A stretch of DNA of 64,000 nucleotides from Octopus bimaculoides (lineage: Eukaryota): the NCBI RefSeq assembly GCF_001194135.2, contig NC_069000.1, positions 18,548,655 through 18,612,654 on the forward strand, read 5' to 3'. Of this stretch, positions 41,313 to 52,170 are shown one piece after another; the first letter of the stretch is position 1; each line of letters opens with the position of its first letter. A program made the translations under genes and the position numbers. A model generated the notes under the pieces. That model was not told the origin of the DNA. It made no database searches and saw nothing but the letters and a program-made list of their open reading frames with translations.

Positions 41313-42608
41313 TTAATGGTTTTCGCTTTTTATCTTTAATTTCGAATTCAAAGATGAATTTTTGTAATTAGTAGTAATTTTCTGTCCCTCTTTTATGTTA
41401 ATTTGTCTGTCACAATTTCCGTTATTGTTGTCATCTAAATGAGTGTTTATAACAGAAATCCTAAGTTCTTGGAGAGCAAGATCTCCGTGTTGGATTTTGA
41501 GTGTACTGTTTGGTTCTTGTTTATCAACAAGGGTTACAGTTCGCGGGGGTTTCATTTCTCTGTTACGCTTCCCTGGACTATCCTCTACCTTAATGTCATT
41601 AGGATATTGACACCGACACTTATTACATTTATCGACTTGCCTCATGTTAAAGTATTTTTTGATGTGACACTGACAATCACAGTTTGCACATGGAAACTTA
41701 CTTTGTGAATCAGTCGTATAAACACAATGACGGGAGTCTGAAAGACCTTGTTCGGACATCTGAAACTGATAACTATTGTCGTTAAACTCATTGAATCTTC
41801 TGTGAATTGTAATTTTCCGTCCATTACCTGATATAAAAAATCTGTTGTGTAAGTTTGGCGTTGAAACATAACGCCTATTTTGCAAAGATTTATTTATTGT
41901 TGTATCATGTGCGACAGCGACGAAGAACGGCCCCTTTTTGATGCACATGGTGTTGTCAACACTAAAATTCAGCATTAGTTCATCTACAGATTTGTAACCG
42001 TATTCTTTTAAGGGTATGTACCTACCAGTCTCAGATTTGTATTCCTTTTGTAAATCTTTAGCGTTCAAGCCGAGAGAAGCTTCATACAGAATCGATAACA
42101 GTTTCGTTCTGAGCTCATCAACGTCTGAACTATCGACTGTGACCGGCACTGAAGCCTGCTTTTGATATGTCCGTGGTGGAAGTGCCGTTAGTTGGTTCAT
42201 GGAAACACTTCGTGTCATTCGATTATCATTGCTATATCGAGAAAAACGATCAGGTTTTGTTTCATAAAGCCGTCGTTTCTCATTCTTAACGTAATGTCGA
42301 CTCGGTTTCTGATGACGTGACGAAATCTCTTTCGTTTTCAGTTTGCGATCTGATTTTTGTTGTTGGATTAACTTTTCTATGTGATGTGTGGCGTCACATG
42401 AAACTGCAAAGTAATAATTTCCCTCTCTAACAACTGTATCAGGAATCGATCCGAGAAAATCATCGACAGTTGTGAATCCAGTTCTTCTGACGTCCATATC
42501 CTCGCCTGTCAGTTGCTTGTATTCTTTCAAAAAATTCGTTTTTCTCACGCCATGTTTTGAACTTAATAAAACAGATCTGATTTTTTTCTTTAAATCGATA
42601 TTTTCCAT
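41313..42608 (-). CDS. Intronless double-LOTUS (OST-HTH) domain protein, TDRD5/TDRD7-like N-terminus without Tudor domains
   Basis: 431-aa ORF in AT-rich DNA, with ATG in aaaaaATGG context and an in-frame TAA 6 nt upstream. aa ~5-85 (KKIRSVLLSSKHGV..FLKEYKQLTGEDMDVRRTGFTTVDDFLGSIPDTV..FAVSCDATHHIEKLIQQQK) and aa ~164-235 (ELRTKLLSILYEASLGLNAKDLQKEYKSETGRYIPLKEYGYKSVDELM) both fit the LOTUS pattern; the first has the extended C-terminal helix. Confidence 0.88.
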   Translation of the reverse strand: MENIDLKKKIRSVLLSSKHGVRKTNFLKEYKQLTGEDMDVRRTGFTTVDDFLGSIPDTVVREGNYYFAVSCDATHHIEKLIQQQKSDRKLKTKEISSRHQKPSRHYVKNEKRRLYETKPDRFSRYSNDNRMTRSVSMNQLTALPPRTYQKQASVPVTVDSSDVDELRTKLLSILYEASLGLNAKDLQKEYKSETGRYIPLKEYGYKSVDELMLNFSVDNTMCIKKGPFFVAVAHDTTINKSLQNRRYVSTPNLHNRFFISGNGRKITIHRRFNEFNDNSYQFQMSEQGLSDSRHCVYTTDSQSKFPCANCDCQCHIKKYFNMRQVDKCNKCRCQYPNDIKVEDSPGKRNREMKPPRTVTLVDKQEPNSTLKIQHGDLALQELRISVINTHLDDNNNGNCDRQINIKEGQKITTNYKNSSLNSKLKIKSENH

Positions 42609-45600
42609 TTTTTAATGGTAATACCTTTTGAAACATTAATTAAAAATTGAAAACTTTTTGTTTTTGAGTTCTTCCTTATTTTTCTTTGCAGTTTTGCCAG
42701 CTGTTGTTTTTGTTTATTTTTTATCATCTGCTCTGAATCGAATGACCTGTTTATAAATACTTTCTCCTCTTTCTCGCAACCTCGAACTTTGAGCGGCTTT
42801 TGTATAGATATATATATAGATAGATATGGATTTCTATTTATGTGTGTGTATTTGCATTATACCCCCTTTCCTCTTTCTCCCTCTCTTTAAGCACACACAT
42901 ACATACACATACGCACTCTCTTCCCCTCCGTCTCTCTCTCCCACAATACTAGTTTCTCTCTATCATTTTTCTCCCAAATCACTGTTTGTCTTTCATGTCA
43001 GTTTTTGTCATTGGATAAAATTCTTTCAGAGCTGGTGTCAACTTTTTTTTTATCTATTCATTCCTTCTTCATTGAGAAAATATTATAGTATGTGAGTGTA
43101 TAAATTAGGGATGCAAACAGGAAATTGATTTGTAACTAGTTTCTTAAGTGCTAATGCACAAAACTTTCAGCCTTTGAGTCATTCTGTTACTTCTGTTAAA
43201 TATTAAGAAAAATATACATATACGAATGTGAGTGTATAGGTAGATAAACAGAATTGATACATATGTAGGGATCTAGCTTGATCCTGCCTTACATTTGAAA
43301 CCAAATCCACCCGCTTGTTGCTTTTCAAAACGAGCGTAAAATCTTCTCCACACCAGATTGATGAGGAAACACCCCAGCCCCTACTACCAGTGCTGGTCAA
43401 AGAAAGGTCAGTACTTTGTTTAGGGTTTGACCTACATTACTGATCATATAACAGAGAATTTCGACCTGATATGGCACATCACGAACAACCCGCTACATAT
43501 ATTTACATGGAGTACAAAATACATGAAATAAAGGATAAATATAGAGAGAAATTATATGATGACATTACATAATTTCTCTATTTTTTCCTTGTTTTATTAT
43601 CTGTATTTTGTATTCCATGTAAATATGTATATGGTATCAAACCTGTTTACCTGACACCCTCATAGCATGATTTGGATTTCCCCTATAGCCACTCTCGATG
43701 CCATGGGCTTTGCCTCAGTAGATGAAGTCACCCAAATTTCCTAACTTTAATTCCAAATAACATCAGATTCTTTAATTTATGAGATAAAATAATTGGTTCA
43801 TCGTAATCAAAATTCAGAGTTGCATCGATACACTAAAATTGAAAGCAATCTGAGAAAAATTAAAGGGGGTTCATTTTGCAGACGAGAAAGACTAGATCCC
43901 AATTTAAGTTTACATCGTGCAATAATAATTTTATTACATACATAACATGTATGTGATGCATATATAACAGAAAACGTCATTAAAATACAAATCTAAAACC
44001 AAAGAAAACACAAACATGATCGAAGAAAGAAAACAAAAAATGAGGAAAAAAGAAAAAAAACATCGAAAAAACAAGTGCCTCTATTGGTGGCACTCCACAA
44101 GGTTCAACGGAACCTACTGAAGCAAACCAACATGCTCGCAGCATTATTATGGGCGATGGCGAGGCTAAAAGGTGTTGGAACAGCCAAACACCCCAACAAG
44201 CATCACCTCACGTCTCTGTTAGGCGAGCCACCAACGATGACAAGAACTTGGCTGTTAGCGGCCATTTGAGTCACAACTTTGTGTTATGAGCACGTGGCGG
44301 ACAAAATAAGATGTTTTTTCTGCATTTTTAACTGAGACAAAATATATTTTTCATAAATTTTCGCTACCTTACAAAAACTTCATCAGCTAAACAAATAGTC
44401 TTCCCTAAATGCATTATAAAATAATCTGATTTACTATTTCAGAAAATTACAGCTGTTCTCTTTGACCATATAAAAGACAAATTTAGCTGGGACAAAATAA
44501 GTAAGCCAAGATAAGGTAAATTTGCTACTTAAATTCTCCAGAAAACAGACTCCGACACATCAGTATCTATCCCTAGACATCAGAAAGATCAGAAATGAAA
44601 AAAAAAATTAATATCTAGGTCAAATGAAAGATGATCAGGGGAAAATGGCACATAAAAAAATAAACTCAACATTGAATATTCTCTATAGTTTCTTCATAAT
44701 CTGCTGGAGTGCCCTCTTTGTGATATATTTACTCACCATGCATTTAAATAGAAGAAATTATTCAAATTAGACATTACTCATTTTACCCCATTTTAATCAT
44801 AATTTTTTGATACTTGAAAATTATCAAAATAGACATTAGTGTGGTAAAAAAATTAACTTGGAATCCAACAGAGAAAAGAGTATTGATTGTTAAACACCAA
44901 ACATTATCCAGATATTTTATTAGCAACCTCAATTACAATTGAGTCAAAACTGAGGAAAAATTTCTTGGAAAAAGAGGACCTGCCACCTGACTATGTGTCA
45001 GACTCTCAGTTTCAACAACAACTATGCTGACCAGTTTTTACCTCTGAAGATGATGCAGTACTTGCAATGCAATGATTTCAAACCGGTAGGGAGAAAATGA
45101 GAAATCAGGAGTTACTCATTTCGCTCTGGTTTACTAATTTGCACCACCCCCCATGATAATTTTGCTTGTCCCTCTGTTACTTAGCCTATCTAATGCTTCC
45201 ATGTGATTAGCTGAAGGGAGAAGAGAGACGAGGAGGGGAGGGAGAGGTGGTGGTGAGTGAAATGTGTAAATTCTTTTTTTAACTAAGATTTTTTCCCTCC
45301 GTTACTTAGTCCGTCTGTTATGCTTTCATGTGATTAGTTGAAGGGAAAAGCAAAGAGCAAAAGAAAAAGAGAGTAAGGTGAAGTGTAAGAAAGAAAGAGG
45401 GAGAGTGCTGTGTATTAAGTCTATAAAATTGTGCATAAAGTGCATTATGTAATCATTGTATTCCAATTTCCTTCACTTTTCAATGATTAGCAGATGAGTG
45501 ACTATCTTTTGATACAGACACCACTCAGGCTACACTTTCAAGTTTTTTGGATAAAGTTTTCAGAAATAACCCAATAAGTTTACCATTAATTCTGTGAAAA

Positions 45601-45635
45601 ACTCACAGGTCCTGCTAGTATGTATAAATGTATTT

Positions 45636-46556
45636 GAATGTTAATGTTTTTTGCGTGTGTGTTTGTGGTGGTGGGGAATAATAGTAATATTTCTTTGTGT
45701 TTTCTTGTGTATTAATAGTCATATTTCTTTGTGTGTTTTCTTGTGTATTAATAGTAATATTTCTTTGTGTGATTCTTTGTTGATATTTGAAGAACACAAT
45801 TTCTTAAGTTCATTAGTGGCCCCCCGTCTTGAAATTCATGCTTTTAGAATCTTTGACCTCAGCTAAATTACTTGCCAGCCAGTTACAAAATTCCTCTTAT
45901 ATTTTTTAGCTCTGTTATCTGTGCACTGACAAGATTATACTGCATCTCTTTAATTTCTTTGTTTGGTGGAATTCTGGTTTAAGCACCTTATAACTTTTTT
46001 ATATTTTGGAAACTTCTGAAAACTTTTGTGACTATGCAAAAGAAAAACTTTTTTCATTTTCTAACCCCCCCCCCACCTCCTACCATAAATCTTAAAATTT
46101 CAACTCTTTCTCAAATTTTTGTTTTTTAATCATAGCTTTAAAATACAGACAGTCCAAATCTGCCATTTGTTTCTGTTTACAATTTCAAAATAATTTTCCA
46201 AAAAATAAAAAAGTTATAAGGTGCTTAAACCAGAATTCCGCCCAACAAAGAAATTAAAGAGATGCAGTGTAATCTTGTCAGTGACCAGGTCGTAGTCCGT
46301 GCACAGATAACAGGGCTAAAGAATATAAGAGGAGTTTCGTAACTGCCTGGCGAGTAATTTAGTTGAGGTCAAAGATTCTAAAAGCATTCTTGCATGAATT
46401 TCAAGACCGGGGGCCATTAGTGAACTTAAGAAATTGTGTTCTTCAAATATCAACTTTATTCATATTCAACCAGAATCACATACTTCCACGCACACAAAGA
46501 AATATTACTATTATTCCCCATCACCACAAACACACATGCAAAAAACATTAACATTC
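45636..46556. mobile_element. Foldback/MITE-like element with ~370-nt inverted arms
   Basis: 45636-46012 is the reverse complement of 46195-46556 (e.g. gaattctggtttaagcaccttataact / agttataaggtgcttaaaccagaattc); spacer ~180 nt. Confidence 0.8.
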
Positions 46557-46559
46557 TCT

Positions 46560-47050
46560 TTTACTCGTTTACTTGTTTCAGTCATTTGACTGCGGCCATG
46601 CTGGAGCACCGCCTTTAGTCGAATCAAATCGACCCCAGGACTTATTCTTTGTAAGCCTAGTACTTATTCTATCGGTCTCTTTTTGCCAAACCGTTAAGTG
46701 ACGAGGACGTAAACACACCAGCATCGGTTGTCAAGCGATGTTGGGGGGACCAACACAGACACACAAACATATACACACACACACATATATATACATATCA
46801 TTTTATTTTTCATTTTATCTAGTTTCAGCTCATGAGCTGTGGCCATGCTGGGGCACCGCCATTTTTAATATATATACATATATACAACGGGCTTCTTTCA
46901 GTTTCCGTCTACCAAATCCACTCACAAGGCTTTGGTCGGCCCGAGGCTATAGTAGAAGACACTTGCCCAAGGTGCCATGCAGTCTGACTGAACCTGGAAC
47001 CATGTGGTTGGTAAGCAAGCTACTTACCACACAGCCACTCCTGCGCCTAT
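46560..47050 (-). mobile_element. SINE family B copy with an internal partial duplication
   Basis: Collinear with 26905-27280, with an extra ccatgctggggcaccgcc tail fragment at ~46800-46860. Confidence 0.85.
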
Positions 47051-48114
47051 AAAAAGTGTGCGATGCTTACAGCACCTAGATTTCCCAAGCGGTCACACAT
47101 CTAAGTACTCACTAGGCTTGACGTTGCTTATACATACATTTATACATACTAGCAGGACCCATGAGTTTAAGGGAGATTTAGTTGTTGCTTTGAGCATATC
47201 CCATGCCCACCTGGTACCTTCCTTGTTTCTTTGTCACTCTGACATGTATTGATGTTTTTCAACATTTTTCTCTCCTTAAAGACATTTAATAGAATGATGA
47301 TGCACCCAAAGGTGGTCTATTGCTGGGATTTAAGCAAAAAATAAAAATAAAAACCTTTTGTAATTTAAATTCTTACCTGCACCCTGCATCAAGCAAGTGT
47401 ATGTGAGTATGTATAAGCAAAAAACATTTACTAACAGAGAAGTATGCTATCAAAATAAATTATCTTTTACATACCTTTTTTAAATAATTGTGAATAAATC
47501 GCAGCAATGATCTCAGGCTCTTTAACACCTAGATGAACAATATGGGTTAAATTTCAGCATCCATAAGGATTTATAGGGGCGAGGGAATGAAAAATTTTAA
47601 TCTAAAATTTTGTTTTGCAAAAATTTCTGAAAATACCAACAAGTAGAAAAGTTATGACCAGTCATATGGCGTGCTTTGATCCTGAATCCATGATAGGCCG
47701 TGCATATGCGCAGATATTTAAAATTTTTTGAATTTCAAAAATTATTTTGAAGTTATAAACGGAAACAAATAACACATTTGGATTATCCATATTTTAAACT
47801 CTGATTAAAATAAAAAAATTTTTAAAGTGTGGAAATTTTAGGATTTATAGAGGAGGTGGAGGTATTAAAAAATTATTAAAAAAATTTGTCTTACATAGTC
47901 GTATAAATTCCCATGTGTAGAACACAAATTTGCAAAAAATTTTCAAAAATTCCAAAAGATGAAAAATTTATGAGAGGTTATATAGGGTATTTCAACCAGA
48001 ATTCCCCCTTTTTGTTGCCTTAACTTAATTGATCTGCATACGTTCATAGATGAAATTATTCTGTAAAGAATAATAACTCACCATTAATCTTTGCACCATT
48101 GTTTTCCTGCACAA

Positions 48115-50095
48115 GGGAGATGTCTCTGGAGCTAGATGGACTGCCCTTCAAGCTTTATCTTCACGTGTCAATCTTGTTTAGTAATCTCTTGGTGGATGTC
48201 TACTGCAACTAGCAATAGAACAGAAGAATTTCCAGTACTGTGAGCCATGGCATGGTGATAGTGCTGCTGAGAAAGGACCCAAACAAAGGGGACCAAATAG
48301 ATAATTTTAGGCCCATAACTCTGCTAAAGTGGATTGCAAGATTTTGACCAAGGTGTTAGCCAAGAGGTTGGCACTTGTCATCAATAAACTGATCAGTGAT
48401 GCGCAGATATGCGCTATCCCAAACAAATATATCCACAACAACCTCCACCTCACATGTTACATCATAGAGAAGGTAGATAAGGAACCTGATATGGTGGGGC
48501 CCTGATCAATTTAGATCAGTCAAAAGCTTTTTATACGGTCATTCACCAAACATCAGAGGCTGTTCTCATGGCAGCCAGTTTCAGTTCCATTTTCAGAGGC
48601 TGGATCAAGCAATGTTCAGTGACTTCTGTTCAGTGCACAAAGTAAATGACCACTTATTGGAATCATTTAATATCATACATTTGGTTCATCAAGGATGCTC
48701 ACTTTTGCCCCTTCTGTATGTGCTGGCTCTCAAGCCATTGCTATGGAAGCTAGATGTTTTGATGGGTGTCCTGCATGAACTAGGATGGGGGATATTTGTG
48801 TCAGCTTATGCAGATGATATCACCATAATAGTGTCAGACATCTTGGAAATCAAAGTGATTGGCACTACCCTAAGGGAGTACAAAGCTGTGACCAGAGCAA
48901 AGATTAACTACAAGTTGATGAGCCTGCAGCTTGGCACCTGGAGAGCTAAAGAACTTACACTTCTGCTTTCTTTGTAAGGGATGGATCAGACAGTCCATTT
49001 GCTGTCAGTAGCTGCTGCAAGGAAGGCCAGGTATGCTGTGGCTAATGATGCACAGACATGCACTAAGGCTGTGATATCTCTGGCATTTTCTTGACAGTAA
49101 GCTGGTGTGATCATCATTTGTCAAATGGGATTTTCTGCAGTTTGTCTCATTGATTGAGCTGCAGTCTTGGACCATGTGTAGACCAAGAAAGAGTGCTTGA
49201 CACCTAGAGTATCAGCAAGCATCTACAGCCCTCTGCCAGTCAGGCAATGCAGTCAGTGGAGGTTCCAGTTTTATAGGGGATTAGTGGCAGGCAAGAGCAA
49301 CAATGTCCTCTGGGAGACTCTGGGTGTTGGTGGAAATCAAGTGACTGGTCTTTTCCAGAGGACTCTCAGGCCAGGGCTATGGACAAGTTCCAGAAATCCC
49401 TGGACTGGCAGTGCTACTGGGGGTTCTGTCAGTTTGAGACAAGCTCTACTAGCCTGGAAGCGCTGTCAGATGGAACTGTCCGAGATGCATGCAGGGCGAT
49501 GAAACTGTTCTGCATGCCCTTGTCTGTTGTCTGGGCATTGATGACTTGTGGAACCTTGTTGAATAGCTGTTGTCACATGTAGGATAGATCCAGTTATTGG
49601 CTGAGTCCATGAGAAGGATTGCCCAGTCACCTTCTTTTGGCCAGGAAGTTTTTCTCTCTCTGGTGGCTATGGCAAAAGAGGTAGTGTGGTTGATGTGATT
49701 GAAAGGACTGAAGACATATGTTTTCCTCTTCAACCAAGCTCTCATTGAATTTTTACAGTTTCACTTGAAAAGGAAAGTGAGGCTGGAGAGGGAAGTGCTG
49801 CTCCACAGTATTTTTGTTGAAAGGTGGGTGAATGTTGCAAGGATGGCCTGTGTAAATAAGTCTACTCTGAACACATGCCTGTAAGTCAGAGGGGACGAGA
49901 AGTAGAAGGGTACTTGCTTGGGGTGCCCTTGGTGGTGTCAGGGTGATCAGGAAGTGCGGAATTTTGTTGTTGTCATTGTTTTATTGTTTACATGTATTTA
50001 TGTGTTAAGCCCTATTTGTCTTTTATTTTTGTATTGTCATATTGTTTTTTTTTTCCCTTATGGCTAAATGGCTAATAAAGAGAAGACATTATTAT
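48115..50095 (+). mobile_element. Decayed L1/Tx1-clade LINE (RT to 3' end)
   Basis: Frameshifted RT motifs SLELDGLPFKLY, NFRPITLL, LDQSKAF, QGCSLLPLLYVLALKP and VSAYADDITI; C-terminal RKVRLEREVL..FVERWVNVA; T-rich 3' region with AATAAA near 50082. Confidence 0.85.
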
Positions 50096-50588
50096 TATTA
50101 TTGAGTGAGAGAGCAGTGCATGCCATCAAAGTGACACGGGTAAAATATACGAAGCCCATTATACCCATCATGACTACCCGTCTGATAAGGGTACACCAGG
50201 CACATGCATCACAACCATATGCGCACGACATGGTGATCTCATATCAAGATAAACAGCGCATGACCTCACAGGTGGGGCTCAGTTAGAATTTTCTTCAGGT
50301 CGAGTAGCCCATCCTGCTCAAAAGGTCCCTGAATAAAGTTTGTTTAAGGATGTTGAACAAAATACCCATGTTTCCAAAGGTGAATTATTCAAACCCCAAA
50401 AAATTCCTCTCAACACATGGCTATGATGCTCCCCCAGTACTTCTGTTCATGATCAGAGATGCACATATCGTCAGCCATCAAGGGACATGCTCAACTGACA
50501 AGCAAATCTGTGGTATTGAGTAGAATATTTGCTGTAGCCCATCTTTTATACCAAGTATTCTACTCAATACCACAGATTTGCTTGTCAG

Positions 50589-50626
<38 letters not shown>

Positions 50627-51556
50627 TTCAACATCATGAGGTAACTGAGAAAGATTTGTTCAACTTTTGTCACACTTTGATTGCAAAATCTCAAGTTTTG
50701 GAGCGGTAGAGTGAAGCTAATTAAAAGAGCTATCCAGGACTGCAAGCAGTTCAATACTATTATCTATTACCACCACACACAATAATACAAGAGGATTTCA
50801 TAGCAGCTATGATATTTAATATTTCCAAATTGTCCAAAATTATTACTCAATTATCAATTTTTATCTTACTATATTTAGAATTTAATTACCAATATATCAT
50901 TGTTATTTGTTTATTATTTGTTTACTTGTTTTGTTTTGTCTTAAATATCCCTTGCATCCCTTCTCCTCCAGCAGGACAAGGTGTCAGACAAAAGCCTTAC
51001 AGTACTTAGCAACACTTCTTTATTTCCATTCTGAGTTTAAATCCTCCTATGCTCAATTTTACCTTTCATCCTTCTAGGGTCAATGAAATAAATTTCCAGC
51101 CAAGTACCCAACTAAGGTTGATTTATATTTCTATAAGGCATCCTAGACATCATCATCACCATGCTGGCACTGGTTGGATGGCTTGACATGGAACTGGACA
51201 GCTGGGAGTATCCAGACTCCAGTTTCTGTTGTGGCATGGTTTCTATGGCTGGATTCCTTTCCCAGAACCAACCACTTAACAAAGTGTGTTTGATGCTTAG
51301 AGTAAGTCATTCTTGTTGTCATTGCAATTTCTGAAAATATCATGGCTTATATAATGTCTATTTCACATCTGTTTTATTGGACATTTGGGTGAGTGTCACT
51401 TCTATAGATCTCAGCCTGGTGTATTGGCATGTACTCATACACATGTCAGTCCAAGTGTGTTTGTGCATGCAAGTATATGGGTGTACATGAATGTTGTACA
51501 CACATGCATGCCTGTATTTCATCATTTAGTTAGCATTTGAAAACCTTTTTACATAC

Positions 51557-51731
51557 TGCATATAACTTCTGAAGAGAATAGTTTAAGAGTGATTTCGGGC
51601 TTGCAATCTGCTGGTGTAAAAGCAGAAACTGGGCTTGGTTCTATCTTAATGATGCTTTGTGTTAACTGATGAAACACTGTTCCAGTACAATGGACATATA
51701 TCATTACTTTGCTAAATCTTTTGTCAGCCAT
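51557..51731 (-). CDS. Orphan candidate first coding exon (partner exons unknown; possibly exon 1 of the BCL11-like gene)
   Basis: ctaaaATGG start, 175 nt open (MADKRFSKVMIYVHCTGTVFHQLTQSIIKIEPSPVSAFTPADCKPEITLKLFSSEVIC), then donor TGCA|gtatgt in phase 1. Unique, non-repeat sequence. Confidence 0.45.
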
Positions 51732-51999
51732 TTTAGAAAATTTTGTTTTTACTCTTCAGAATGTAACAGTCACATCTCACTCGTCATTTGAAGTTTGCTT
51801 GTCCTTATAGGGAAATCTGTAGTTGAACTGAAAAAAGAAATTCCAGGTGTGACAGCAAAACCTGGAATCAATGGGCCTTAAAGTTAACTTAACAAAAAAA
51901 GTTTTGTAAGTAAAAATCCCTAGACAAACCACTAATCATTTCCTGCAAATGACCCTGCTCAATTTATAGAAAAGGTGTAGGTGCAAATTCTATATAGTG

Positions 52000-52170
52000 T
52001 ACTCAGTGTAAGCTATGGATACACAAGAGGCACAGTGAAATCACAGGAAAGTTTAAGAAGAAAGTAGGCTTTGTATGTGTCAGATGTGGAGGAGTAATAA
52101 ACTCTAAGAAGATACAGGAAAGAAATTTTGTCAAATGTCCAGAAGTTTCCCTAGAGGAAGTAGTTTCTGT
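52000..52170 (+). mobile_element. RTE-clade LINE fragment (PHD-like insert region)
   Basis: CTQCKLWIHKRHSEITGKFKKKVGFVCVRC..KCPEVSLEEV is homologous to the 32190-32310 segment of the minus-strand RTE fragment. Confidence 0.6.

Noticed and set aside
41439-41869. Overlapping 89-aa (+) and 75-aa (-) ORFs within the LOTUS ORF
   Set aside because: Short alternative-frame ORFs with no motifs, as expected by chance.
43260-43410. Plus-strand open frame ending at AG|gtcagt
   Set aside because: No start codon or acceptor in frame, and no homology.
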